Shown in pieces: positions 9,305 to 18,820 of a stretch of DNA of 64,000 nucleotides (position 1 is the first letter of the stretch; each line of letters opens with the position of its first letter). Origin of the DNA: an uncultured delta proteobacterium (GTDB lineage Bacteria > Myxococcota > Myxococcia > Myxococcales > Anaeromyxobacteraceae); NCBI GenBank assembly GCA_963845515.1, contig CAWJSR010000006.1, forward strand, positions 96,001 through 160,000, read 5' to 3'. The translations under genes and the position numbers were made by a program. Below the pieces are notes generated by a model. It was given only the letters and a program-made list of their open reading frames with translations, made no database searches and was not told where the DNA came from.

Positions 9305-12300
9305 ATGCGCCAGGTCATCGCTGCACTGCTCTGCTGCGCCTCGGCGCTCCCCGCCGCGTCGGCCGACGCGCCTCGCGACCCCATCGCCGAGCGGATCGGC
9401 GCGGTCACACGGGCGCTGCACGAGGATCGCCGGTCGCCGCGGGCAGCCGCCCACCTCGCCGAGCTGGCGGGGCTCGAGGCGGAGTCGGGCGACCTCTCCC
9501 GCCTCGCGACGGCCTGCGCGGTGATCTCAGGGGAGCCGCAGGCGCTCCCCGAGGTCAGGGCCATGGCGCGGCTGCAGCTCGCCGGGATCGAGCGGGCGCG
9601 AGGGAATCTGCAGCGCCACGTCAACCACCTTCGACGGCTCGGCTTCGTCACGCAGTGGCGCGTGGTGGGCCCCTTCGACGACGAGGGGAAGCGTGGCTTC
9701 GAGACAGTCCACCCGCCGGAGCGCGCGCTGGAGCTGGAGGCCAGCTACCCGGGGAAGGGGGGCGACGCGGTGTGGCGCGAGGTCGCCACCGAGGTCGTGG
9801 AGGCCGGCTTCGTACACCTGGGTGCCGCCCTCCCGCGCGAGCAGGAGGTCTGCGCCCACGCCGTGGCGCTGGTCGACTTCCGCCACGACCAGCGGGTCGG
9901 GCTCTGGTTCGGGGCGAGCGGCGCGGCCCGCGTCCTCGTCAACGGCGCCGTCGCGATCGAGGATCCGGGCTACCACCCTGCTCGCCCGGACCAGCGCGGC
10001 GCAGAGGTGTCGCTGCGGCGCGGCGTCAACCGGCTCCAGGTGAAGCTCTGCGGCCAGGACGGCCGGATGGGGATCTACCTCCGGCTCGTCGATGGGCGCG
10101 GGGGGGCGCTGGCGTTCACGCAGCCCGCGGCGGCGGTCCCCCTGCCGCCCCAGCCGGCTCCAGGTGCGCGGCCCGTCGCGATCCCGGGCGTCGTCGCGCG
10201 GCTCGAGGCGCGCGCGCAAGCGGCTGCGCGTCGACGAGGGGCCGGTGCGCGGGTCGCGGAGGCGGAGGCCCGCGTGGATCTGGCCCGGGTGCTGACCGCG
10301 CTGCAGCCGTTCGATCCTGCGGAGCGGCGCGCGCTGAACGAGGCACGCAGGGCCGTGGAGCTGGCGCCGGGCTCCGTGGACGCCCGGCTCCTCGCGGCCG
10401 GCCTCGAGGTCGACGACAACAGGCGGCGCGATCTCCTGGAGGGGGCGCTCGCGGCCGCGCCGGAGGAGCCCAGGGTGCTCCTCGCCATGGCGCGGGACGC
10501 GCTGACGCGCGAGCGGGCGCAGCAGGCGGTGAGGCTCCTGGAGCACGCGGTGCGCGCCGCCCCGGCCTTCGGCGCGGCGCGCGCGCTCCTCTCGGAGGCG
10601 CTGGAGCGCGCGGGGCTCGAGGCGCGGGCGGCGCTGGTCGCCGGTGAGGCCGCGGTGCTGCTGCCCACCTCCCCCGACGCGGTGCGTGCGGCGGCCCGCG
10701 CCGCGCGCCGCCTGGGGCGCCTCGACGAGGCGGCGTGGCTCCTGCGCAAGGCCGTGTCCCTGAGGTTCGACGACGGGGAGGTCCGCGCGTCGCTCGCGCA
10801 GCTGCTGCTCGATCGCGGTGACCTGGACGGCGCCGCGGCGCTCCTCTCGGAGGGGCTGCGCGTCCGCCCCGGTCAGGTGGACGATCTCCTGCGGCTCGCG
10901 GACCTCATGGCCGCGAACGGCAGGCTCGACGAGGCTGAGGCCCGCTACGCCGAGGCGCTGCGCGTCTCACCGTCCGCGGCGGAGCCGTGGGAGCGGCGCG
11001 GACGGGCGAGGCTCCGCGCCGGGCGCGAGGCCGAGGCGCTGGCGGACCTGAAGCGCGCCCTGGAGCTCGAGCCGCAGCGCCCGACGCTGAAGGACCTGGT
11101 GCGGAACCTGGAGCCCAGGCACGAGCCCTTCGAGGCGCCCTACGCGCTCGATGCGCTCGCCCTCGCGCGGGCGCCGGACGACGGCGCGCCCGAGGACGAC
11201 GCCGTGGTCCTGGGGGAGCTCCAGGTGACGCGCGTCCACCGGAGCGGCCTCGCGTCGACCTTCAACCAGGAGGTGATCCGCGTCCGCACGAAGCTCGGCG
11301 CGGAGGCCTTGAGGCGCCGCTCCATCTCCTATGCGCCCGATCGACAGGACGTCGAGGTCGTCCGGATCCGGATCGTGAAGCCGGACGGCACGACCATCGA
11401 CACCTGGGAAGAGAGCGAGGCGAGCGAGAGCGAGCCCTGGTACCGGCTCTACTACGACACGCGGTCGCGCTCGCTCGCCGTCTCGGGGCTGGCCGCTGGG
11501 GATGTGCTCGAGGTCGCCTGGCGCGTCGACGACACCTCCCGGGACAACCTGCTCTCCGACTCCTTCGGCGATCTCGTGGCCGTCGACGGTCCCTGGCCGA
11601 AGCGGCGTTTCGAATACGTCCTCATCGCACCCTCCTCCCGCACCATCCACGCCAACGACGCAGTGGGGGTGCGCAGGACGGATCGGCCGCTCGAAGGCGG
11701 CTGGGTCGAGCACCGCTGGAGCGCCGAGGGCGTCGACCGGATCGTGCCGGAGCCGATGATGCCGCCCGGGATCGAGGTCGGCCGCTTCCTCCACGTCTCG
11801 ACGTTCTCGTCCTGGGAGGAGGTCGGGCGCTTCTACTGGGGGCTCGTCCGGGACCAGCTCCAGCCCACCCCCGAGCTCCGCGCCACGGCCGAGCGGCTGG
11901 CGACCGAGGCGCTCGCAGGGCGACGGCCCGCGCGGGCGCCGAGTCGGGAGGAGACCGAGGCGCTAGTGCGCGCCGTCTACGCCTTCGTGGTGACGCAGGT
12001 GCGGTACGTGGGGCTCGAGTTCGGGATCCACGGCTACAAGCCCTACCGCGTCGACCAGGTGCTCCAGCGACGGTTCGGCGACTGCAAGGACAAGGCGAGC
12101 CTCATGCACGCGCTGCTCGCCGCGCTCGGGGTCGACTCGCGCCTCGTCCTCCTGAGGATGCGCCGCCTGGGCAACCTGCCGGAGGCGCCGGCGTCGCTCG
12201 CCGCCTTCAACCACGCCATCCTCTACGTCCCTTCGCTCGACCTCTGGCTGGACGGGACCGCCGCATACACCGGGAGCCGTGAGCTGCCGTCGGAGGATCG

Positions 12301-13027
12301 TGGCGCCACGGTCCTGGTGGTCGAGCCGGACGCCCCGTCCCGCCTGGGCCGCGCGCCGGAGGCGTCGCCGGCCGAGAACGTCGTCGCGTCGGAGTACGCG
12401 GTCACGCTGGCCGCCGACGGGAGCGCGGCGATCGAGGGGCGCTCGCGCATCGCGGGCGTGCAGGCGGCCCACTATCGACGCGCGTACGAGGCCGCCTCGA
12501 GCCGGCGTGGCTTGCTGGAGCAGGCCTTCGGCCGAACCTGGCCAGCGGTGCGCGTGGAGTCGGTCGAGACGAGCCGGCTCGCGAGGCTGGAGGAGCCGGT
12601 GGAGCTGCGCTACCGCCTCCTGGCGCCGGGCTTCGCCCAGCCGGACGGCGACGCGCTCCGCTTCACGCCGTTCGGTGCCCAGCGGAGCTACTCGGAGCGC
12701 TGGGCAGGGCTCGCGACGCGGCGCCAGGACCTGATCGTCGGCGACCCCGACGAGACCCGCTTCAGCTACCGGATCGCGCTCCCGCGCGGCTGGGCGGTCA
12801 CCGAGCTCCCCGAGCCGGCCGCCGTCGACGGGCCTCACGCGGCGTTCGAGCTACGGTATCGCTCGGAGCCCGGCGCAATCGTCGTCGAGGGACGGCTCAC
12901 CATGAAGGACCGCAGGATCCCGGTGGCGGACTACGCTGGCTTTCGTGCCTTCACCGCCGCGGCCGACGCCGCCTTCGACCGGACCGTCCGGATCGACCGC
13001 GCGGCGCGCGGACAGGAGGAGCGATGA
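9305..13027 (+). CDS. Secreted TPR + DUF3857 + transglutaminase-like protein (catalytic triad present)
   Basis: Signal peptide MRQVIAALLCCASALPAASA, WRVVGPF beta domain and TPR helices. DUF3857-like region, then RFGDCKDKA, FNHAILY and WLDGT. Confidence 0.85.
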   Translation: MRQVIAALLCCASALPAASADAPRDPIAERIGAVTRALHEDRRSPRAAAHLAELAGLEAESGDLSRLATACAVISGEPQALPEVRAMARLQLAGIERARGNLQRHVNHLRRLGFVTQWRVVGPFDDEGKRGFETVHPPERALELEASYPGKGGDAVWREVATEVVEAGFVHLGAALPREQEVCAHAVALVDFRHDQRVGLWFGASGAARVLVNGAVAIEDPGYHPARPDQRGAEVSLRRGVNRLQVKLCGQDGRMGIYLRLVDGRGGALAFTQPAAAVPLPPQPAPGARPVAIPGVVARLEARAQAAARRRGAGARVAEAEARVDLARVLTALQPFDPAERRALNEARRAVELAPGSVDARLLAAGLEVDDNRRRDLLEGALAAAPEEPRVLLAMARDALTRERAQQAVRLLEHAVRAAPAFGAARALLSEALERAGLEARAALVAGEAAVLLPTSPDAVRAAARAARRLGRLDEAAWLLRKAVSLRFDDGEVRASLAQLLLDRGDLDGAAALLSEGLRVRPGQVDDLLRLADLMAANGRLDEAEARYAEALRVSPSAAEPWERRGRARLRAGREAEALADLKRALELEPQRPTLKDLVRNLEPRHEPFEAPYALDALALARAPDDGAPEDDAVVLGELQVTRVHRSGLASTFNQEVIRVRTKLGAEALRRRSISYAPDRQDVEVVRIRIVKPDGTTIDTWEESEASESEPWYRLYYDTRSRSLAVSGLAAGDVLEVAWRVDDTSRDNLLSDSFGDLVAVDGPWPKRRFEYVLIAPSSRTIHANDAVGVRRTDRPLEGGWVEHRWSAEGVDRIVPEPMMPPGIEVGRFLHVSTFSSWEEVGRFYWGLVRDQLQPTPELRATAERLATEALAGRRPARAPSREETEALVRAVYAFVVTQVRYVGLEFGIHGYKPYRVDQVLQRRFGDCKDKASLMHALLAALGVDSRLVLLRMRRLGNLPEAPASLAAFNHAILYVPSLDLWLDGTAAYTGSRELPSEDRGATVLVVEPDAPSRLGRAPEASPAENVVASEYAVTLAADGSAAIEGRSRIAGVQAAHYRRAYEAASSRRGLLEQAFGRTWPAVRVESVETSRLARLEEPVELRYRLLAPGFAQPDGDALRFTPFGAQRSYSERWAGLATRRQDLIVGDPDETRFSYRIALPRGWAVTELPEPAAVDGPHAAFELRYRSEPGAIVVEGRLTMKDRRIPVADYAGFRAFTAAADAAFDRTVRIDRAARGQEER

Positions 13028-16000
13028 GGGCCCGCCACGGCATGCTGCAGCGCTCGCTCGCGCTCGTCGCCCTGCTGCAGCTCGTCGTCGCCTGCGCGAC
13101 CGGCGGCGTGCGGGCCGGGATGGGGTCCGTGGGCGCGAGCGGAGCCGCGCGCGACGGCTTCGAGGCCTGGCTGGAGCGCGGTGACGTCGCCTCCGCCGAG
13201 GGCGGGTTCCGGGCGGCGGTCGAGGACGACGCGGCGGACCCCTGGGGCCGGCTGGGGCTCGCGCTGCTCGCGCGGCGCTCACTCGACTCCTCCGCCGAGC
13301 TCTCGCACCTCCTCGCGGTCGTCGGCGCCGTTCCCGATGGCGCGGTCGCCCTCGTGGCGCTCGAGCGGCTCGCCGAGCTCGCACGCACGGGGCCCGACGC
13401 GGATCGGGCCATCGAGGCGGGGCTGGCCGAGCTGGCGAGCGCAGGGCGGCTCCGGGGCGTGGCGGCCTTCCGCGCCCGCGTGGCAAGGATCTCCGCGGCC
13501 GAGTCGTCCGGCGACGCGGACGCGGTCGCGCGCCTGCGCCAGGAGTACGGGGCGGCGACCGAGTGGACCGTGGTCGGCCCCTTCTCCCCGCTCCCGGTCA
13601 TCGACTTCGACGCCGAGCTGCCTACCGATCGCGGGCAGCTCCCCGCGGAGGCACCGGTGCTGCCCGGCGCCCCACCCGCCCCCGCGCGGCGCATCCCGAC
13701 GCCGGACGGGCTCCTGACGCTCCCCGGCGATCCGGGCGACGACGGGCTCACTCTCATGGCGAGCGACGTCCGGCTCTCCAGCGGCGGCCGCTACCTGCTC
13801 GTCCTCTGGACGCAGGGCTCGGCGAAGGTCCAGCTCGACGGCGCGCCGGTGGCGGAGCGGCGCGCCTTCCAGCGCGAAGAGGCGCTGACCCAGGTGCGGG
13901 AGCTGGAGCTGTCGCCGGGGCTGCACCGGCTCGTCGCCCGCTTCGCCCCGGAGGGGCAGGGGACCTCCATCGCGGTGGGGCTCGCGAGGGCCGACGGCCA
14001 GCCGTCCGACGCCGCCTGGACCGCGCCGGCGCCAGGGGCCTTCCCGCCTTCGGTGGCCGGGGAGCTCCCCCCGCAGCCCTGGACAGCTGCGTCCCTCTCG
14101 CGCGCGCTCGAGCGGGGCGGTGGCCCCGTCGTCGCACGGTGGCTCGCTGCCCGCGCCATCGTGCGGATGGATTGGGAGGGCGCCAAGGCGCTCCTCGTGG
14201 AGGCTGCGGCGCGCGCGCCCGCCGCGGGGCCAGTGCGGACGGCGCTGGCCGACGCGCTCCTGGACGACCCGACGCTCGACCCGCAGGTGGCGCGCTCGCG
14301 CGGCGAGGCGGAGCTGCGGCGCGCACTCGCGCGCGATCCGGCTGACGGCGAGGCGAGGCTGACGCTGTCGTCGCTGCTGCGCCAGTCGGACCGTGCCGCC
14401 GACGCCGAGGTGCTGCTCGCTGACCTCCCCGCGGTCGTTGCGGATCGACCGGCGGCGCGGGTGGAGCGGGCGGCCGTCGCGAGGGCACGGGGTGCGCCAG
14501 AGCTGGCAGACGCGCTGGCGACCCTGGCCTCCGCGGAGGGGAGCTGCGAAGCGCGGGAGCTGGTGTACGAGTCGGCCGTGGCGCGGGATGCAGTGGCGCA
14601 GGTCGACGCGCTGGCGCGGGAGCTGCTCACCTGCCCGAACGGGAGGGACCGGCTCGTCCGCCACCTGGAGCGGCACGGAGAGCCTGCGGCCGCGCTCGAG
14701 GCGGCTGCGCCGATCGCGAGGGCGCGCCCCTCGTCCATGGAGGCGGCGCTCACGCGCGCGGGGCTCCACCTCGCGTCCAGGGACGTCGCCGGCGCGCTGC
14801 GCGAGCTGGAGGGCGTCGCCGCCTTCTGGCCCGGGAGCGCCCGGCTCTGGAAGCGGATCGGGAACGTGCGTGAGCTGGCGGGCGACCTCGCCGGGGCGCG
14901 CGCCGCCCGGGAGCGTGCGCTGGCCGCCGACGGCTCCGACCTCGCGCTGAGGCGTGCGCTGGCGCTCGAGGACGGGCGAGAGGTGCTCGACGAGCTCCGG
15001 GAGGATGGCGACGCGGCGATCCGGGCCTACGAGGGGGCGGGGGGCTCCGGCGACACCTCGACCGCGCTCGTGCTCGATGCGTCGGCGCAGCTGTTCCATC
15101 CCGGTGGCGCGGTCACCGACCGCACGCACCAGATCATCCACGTGCTCGACCAGCACGGGGTGGACAAGTACGGTGACGTCCGGCTGCCGCCTGGCGCCGA
15201 GCTCCTCGCGCTCCGGACCCGCAAGCGGGACGGGAAGACCTTCGAGCCCGACGGCGGGCGGGCGAAGGGATCGATCTCGCTCGCGGGGCTGGAGCCGGGC
15301 GACTACGTCGAGGTCGAGTACCTGCGCGCGAGCCGCGGCGCCATCGACGGCTACGCGGCCGAGCCCTTCTACTTCCAGGACGAGGGGGAGCGGCTGGTGC
15401 GATCGACCTACGTCGTGTCCGCGCCGGCGGCGCTGGGGCTGGTGGTGGACGCCCACCGGATGGACGCGCCGCCGCTCGAGCGCACCGGGGATCGCGTGAC
15501 GCTCCGCGCGCTCCGGGTGGACGTGCCGGGGCTCGTGGCGGAGCCAGGGGCTCCCAGGCTCGGCGACGTGCTCCCGTTCGTGCAGGTGGGCTACGGCGGG
15601 GGGCGAGAGGTCCTGCATCGGCGCATGGCCAACGCGGTGGCCCCGCGGACGCGGCAGACGGTCGAGCTCGCGGCCTTCGCGCGGGAGATCCGGGACGCGG
15701 CGGGCAAGGGGGCTGGGCCGGAGGCGATCGCCCGGGCTGCGTGGAGCCAGGTGGCGGCGCGCGTGATGGGGACCTCCGGCTCGCTCGGCACCGACGCGAG
15801 CGAGATCCTCTCCCGTGGCCGGGGCAGCCGCCCCCTGCTCCTCAAGGCGGTCCTGGACGCGCTCGGCGTCGAGGCGCACCTGGCGCTCGTGCGCACCTTC
15901 GAGGCAGATCCGGCCGTGCACCGGTTCCCCGGGCACGCGCTCTACGGCCAGACGCTGCTGCGGATCCGCGCGGATGGACGCGACCTCTGGGTGGACCCCG

Positions 16001-16776
16001 ACGAGCGCGCCGCGCCGTTCGGATCGCTGCCGCCCTCCGCGCTGGACGCGGAGGCGATGGTGCTCGCTGCCCCCGGAGAGCAGCTCGAGGTGGCGCGCAC
16101 CCCTGCCCGTGCGGCGGTCCCGTCCCGGCGTGCCACCACGCTCCGCGTGAGTGTCGAGCCGAGCGGCGGCGCCGCGGTCGAGGTGACGGACCGATACTCC
16201 GGCTACTCCGCCGGGATGATCCGGGGTGCCCTGGAGCGCTTCGACGCGGCCACGCGGCGGCGGGTCTTCGAGGAGGCGGTCTCCGCTGCCTTCCGCGGCG
16301 GCACGCTCGAGGCCCTCGAGCTCGCGGGCGCCGAGGAGCGGGAAGGGGACCTGACCATCTCCTATCGCGCGCACGTCCCCGACTTCGCGAGGCGTGACGG
16401 CGGGGGACTCGTGGTGGAGAGCCCAATCATGCCAGCACGGCTCGGCGAGACGTTCATCCGGCTGGCCGAGCGCAAGCTGCCCCTGCTGGTCCCGCCGCAG
16501 GATCCGCTGGTGCAGCGGACCGAGATCGTTCCGCCCGATGGGCTGGCCCTGCACGCCGCAGCGGCGTCGACGCTCTCGTCGCGGTGGGGCAGCTTCAAGC
16601 GCGCGGAGCGGATGGAGGGGAGGACGCTAGTCAGGGAGGAGGAGGTGGCGCTCCTCCCGGCTCGCGTAGCGCCAGCCGACTACCCGGACTTTGCCCGATT
16701 CGTGACCGAGGTCGACCGCGTCCAGTCGGCCCCGCTCCGGATAGGTGGCGGGAAGAACCCGGGGGGTCCGCCTTGA
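13024..16776 (+). CDS. Lipoprotein with TPR + DUF3857 + degenerate transglutaminase-like domain
   Basis: ATGA overlap with the previous gene, lipobox LVVAC, WTVVGPF and GLEPGDYVEVEY. The catalytic positions read RGRGSRP and YGQTLL, with no Cys or His. Confidence 0.8.
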   Translation: MRARHGMLQRSLALVALLQLVVACATGGVRAGMGSVGASGAARDGFEAWLERGDVASAEGGFRAAVEDDAADPWGRLGLALLARRSLDSSAELSHLLAVVGAVPDGAVALVALERLAELARTGPDADRAIEAGLAELASAGRLRGVAAFRARVARISAAESSGDADAVARLRQEYGAATEWTVVGPFSPLPVIDFDAELPTDRGQLPAEAPVLPGAPPAPARRIPTPDGLLTLPGDPGDDGLTLMASDVRLSSGGRYLLVLWTQGSAKVQLDGAPVAERRAFQREEALTQVRELELSPGLHRLVARFAPEGQGTSIAVGLARADGQPSDAAWTAPAPGAFPPSVAGELPPQPWTAASLSRALERGGGPVVARWLAARAIVRMDWEGAKALLVEAAARAPAAGPVRTALADALLDDPTLDPQVARSRGEAELRRALARDPADGEARLTLSSLLRQSDRAADAEVLLADLPAVVADRPAARVERAAVARARGAPELADALATLASAEGSCEARELVYESAVARDAVAQVDALARELLTCPNGRDRLVRHLERHGEPAAALEAAAPIARARPSSMEAALTRAGLHLASRDVAGALRELEGVAAFWPGSARLWKRIGNVRELAGDLAGARAARERALAADGSDLALRRALALEDGREVLDELREDGDAAIRAYEGAGGSGDTSTALVLDASAQLFHPGGAVTDRTHQIIHVLDQHGVDKYGDVRLPPGAELLALRTRKRDGKTFEPDGGRAKGSISLAGLEPGDYVEVEYLRASRGAIDGYAAEPFYFQDEGERLVRSTYVVSAPAALGLVVDAHRMDAPPLERTGDRVTLRALRVDVPGLVAEPGAPRLGDVLPFVQVGYGGGREVLHRRMANAVAPRTRQTVELAAFAREIRDAAGKGAGPEAIARAAWSQVAARVMGTSGSLGTDASEILSRGRGSRPLLLKAVLDALGVEAHLALVRTFEADPAVHRFPGHALYGQTLLRIRADGRDLWVDPDERAAPFGSLPPSALDAEAMVLAAPGEQLEVARTPARAAVPSRRATTLRVSVEPSGGAAVEVTDRYSGYSAGMIRGALERFDAATRRRVFEEAVSAAFRGGTLEALELAGAEEREGDLTISYRAHVPDFARRDGGGLVVESPIMPARLGETFIRLAERKLPLLVPPQDPLVQRTEIVPPDGLALHAAAASTLSSRWGSFKRAERMEGRTLVREEEVALLPARVAPADYPDFARFVTEVDRVQSAPLRIGGGKNPGGPP

Positions 16777-16833
16777 CCTTCTGGATGGAGTCGAAAAAAG
16801 CCAGCGATCACGGCGGCGCGGTCCGTGGCAGCG

Positions 16834-16850
16834 TCGGCACGCAGCCTGCA
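16834..16850 (+). promoter_or_regulatory. Sigma54 (-24/-12) promoter
   Basis: tcGGcacgcagcctGCa has the GG-N10-GC spacing with a GGCACG core. Confidence 0.6.
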
Positions 16851-16860
16851 TTCTCTCCTT

Positions 16861-17033
16861 GACGTACGCTCGGCGGGCTCGAAGGCAGGTCCCCCTCCCC
16901 CGCCTCCGAGTGGTGGCATTCATCCGTCCCTGTGACGGCCACCACCAGCCGCGCGTGCACTCCCTGGCGTAGCGCCGGGGAGGCATCTTCAGGGCGGTCG
17001 CCTCCCCCCCCCGAGGCGGCCGCCCGTTTCTTT
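16861..17033 (+). ncRNA. Candidate sigma54-dependent small RNA with C-rich loops
   Basis: Lies between convergent genes. Follows a sigma54 motif, folds into four consecutive hairpins and ends in a terminator; no convincing ORF. Confidence 0.5.
16992..17033 (+). terminator. Intrinsic terminator with poly-C loop
   Basis: 13-bp stem gggcggtcgcctc / gaggcggccgccc with an all-C loop, then gtttcttt. Confidence 0.7.
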
Positions 17034-17647
17034 CAGCTCCCCCGCGTCTGCGGCGGCTCCGTCACGAACCGGACTTCGCTGAAGCCCGCGGTCAGGAGCA
17101 GCGCCCGGATCGAACGCTCCGCCGAGCCTCGCGCACGCTCCTGCAGCGCGGAGTCCGCCATGACCTCCTTCTCGAAGGACTGCTTCGCGAGGTCGAAGAG
17201 GCGGGCGGTCTGGGCGCTGTCGAGGTTGGAGCCCATGACCTCCGTCTCGCTCGGCAACAGCTCGACCTGGACCCGGAGCGGCGGGAGCGTGACCGTCGCG
17301 ATCCGTCCCTCCAGCCTGACGCGCGAGGCGTCGAGCCGGGAGACGTCGAGCCCGAGGTGGGCCTTGGCGAAGACGATTGCCTTCCCCTTCGGTGCGTTGA
17401 AGGTGAACCGGAGCCAGCCTCCGATGTCCCCCAGCGCCGAGCCGGCCGCCTCCGGCTCCGGGGCGAAGCTCACCTTCTTGTAGAGCGTGACCTCCAGCGT
17501 CTCCAGTCGCGCGACGTCCTTCACCTTCTCCAGCACCGCCGGCGGATCGGGGACGGGCGGCGGGCGGCGAATGGCGAAGGAGACGACGAGGGCGGCGCCG
17601 GCGCCGATGGCGACGCCGAGGAGGAGGATCTTGAGCAGTGAGCGCAT
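17033..17647 (-). CDS. DUF4230 family membrane-anchored protein
   Basis: N-terminal TM segment, then V.RLETLEV, AHLGLDVSRL, VTLPP and ARGSAERSIRALL..AGFSEV. Confidence 0.7.
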   Translation of the reverse strand: MRSLLKILLLGVAIGAGAALVVSFAIRRPPPVPDPPAVLEKVKDVARLETLEVTLYKKVSFAPEPEAAGSALGDIGGWLRFTFNAPKGKAIVFAKAHLGLDVSRLDASRVRLEGRIATVTLPPLRVQVELLPSETEVMGSNLDSAQTARLFDLAKQSFEKEVMADSALQERARGSAERSIRALLLTAGFSEVRFVTEPPQTRGS

Positions 17648-17662
17648 GCGGCCGATGTTACC

Positions 17663-18820
17663 TCAGTCGATCAACCGCTCCGCGATCGCGGTGTGCAGGT
17701 CGAGCCCCCTGCTCGTCAGGACGAGGCGCCCGGCCCGGACGACCGCCAGCCGACGGCTGACGAGCGGGTCCACCTCGCGGCGCGCGACCTCGCCGAGGGA
17801 CGAGAGCGGGGCGCCCTCGCGTGTCCGGAGCGCCAGCATCAGCCGCTCGTTCGCGTCGGCACGCAGATCGAACCGATCCGTCTCCGCCGTGGGGAGCCGC
17901 CCGTCGTCGAGCGCAGCGATCCACCTCCGCCAATCGCGCGGGTTGGCCTCGCGGACACCGCCGGCCTCCCCACGGAGGCAGCCGACCGCGCCGGCGCCGA
18001 GCCCGAGGTAGCTCGCGCCCGACCAGTAGAGGCAGTTGTGGACGGACTCGAGCCCCGGGCGCGCGAAGTTGGAGACCTCGTACCGGCGGAGCCCGGCGCG
18101 CCTGAGCGCGGCGCGGATCGCCCGGGCCTGCGCCAGCGTCTCCTCCTCGCCGGGGAAGGCGAGCTTGCCGGTGCGGGCGAGGCGCGCGAACGGAACCTCC
18201 TCGGCGAGGACGTCCGCGTCGAGCGTCAGCGCGTAGGCCGAGACGTGGGTCGCGCCGAGCGCCGCGGCGCGCGCGGCGTCGTCGGCCGCGGTCGTCACGG
18301 TCGAGTGGCGGCCGCCGTAGATGAGATCGACGCTGACGTTGCCGAAGGCCGCCGCGGCGAGCCGGATGGCCCGCGCCGCGTCTTCGGGACCGTGGCGCCG
18401 CCCCAGCTTCCGGAGCACGGCCGGGTCGAACGACTGGACGCCGATCGAGACCCGGTTGACGCCTGCGCCACGCCAGGCGGCGACGAGCGGCTCGTCGATC
18501 GAGTCCGGGTTGCCCTCGACGGTCACCTCGGCGCCTGCACCGAGCCCGAGCCGCTCGCGGAGCGCGCCGACGAGCTCGGTCACCTCGGACGGATCCCAGA
18601 GGGAGGGCGTGCCGCCCCCGACGTAGAGGCTGACGGGCCGGAGCCCGGTGAAGCCCGGCGCGCGCAGCTCCAGCTCGGCGAGCACGCCGCGGAGGTACCG
18701 CCTCTCCCCGGGAGGCGGCTCGGTCGTTACCGCGAAGTCGCAGTACGGGCAGCGGTGCGCGCAGAACGGGAAGTGCACGTAGACGCCGTACGGCAGCGCC
18801 TGCGCGCCGGCGGGGATCAC
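17663..18820 (-). CDS. hemW: Radical SAM heme chaperone HemW (HemN-like)
   Basis: YVHFPFCAHRCPYCDF, YVGGGTPS, NRVSIGVQSF, YEVSNFA and HNCLYW. GTG at 18820 overlaps the upstream stop. Confidence 0.9.
   Translation of the reverse strand: MIPAGAQALPYGVYVHFPFCAHRCPYCDFAVTTEPPPGERRYLRGVLAELELRAPGFTGLRPVSLYVGGGTPSLWDPSEVTELVGALRERLGLGAGAEVTVEGNPDSIDEPLVAAWRGAGVNRVSIGVQSFDPAVLRKLGRRHGPEDAARAIRLAAAAFGNVSVDLIYGGRHSTVTTAADDAARAAALGATHVSAYALTLDADVLAEEVPFARLARTGKLAFPGEEETLAQARAIRAALRRAGLRRYEVSNFARPGLESVHNCLYWSGASYLGLGAGAVGCLRGEAGGVREANPRDWRRWIAALDDGRLPTAETDRFDLRADANERLMLALRTREGAPLSSLGEVARREVDPLVSRRLAVVRAGRLVLTSRGLDLHTAIAERLID

Noticed and set aside
13279..16554. Very long antisense or alternative-frame ORFs (also 19545-22697, 38373-41639, 43549-46905, 58002-60314, 60339-62951)
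   Set aside because: These are shadow ORFs expected at this GC content. They are Arg/Pro/Gly-rich, lack motifs and overlap well-supported genes.
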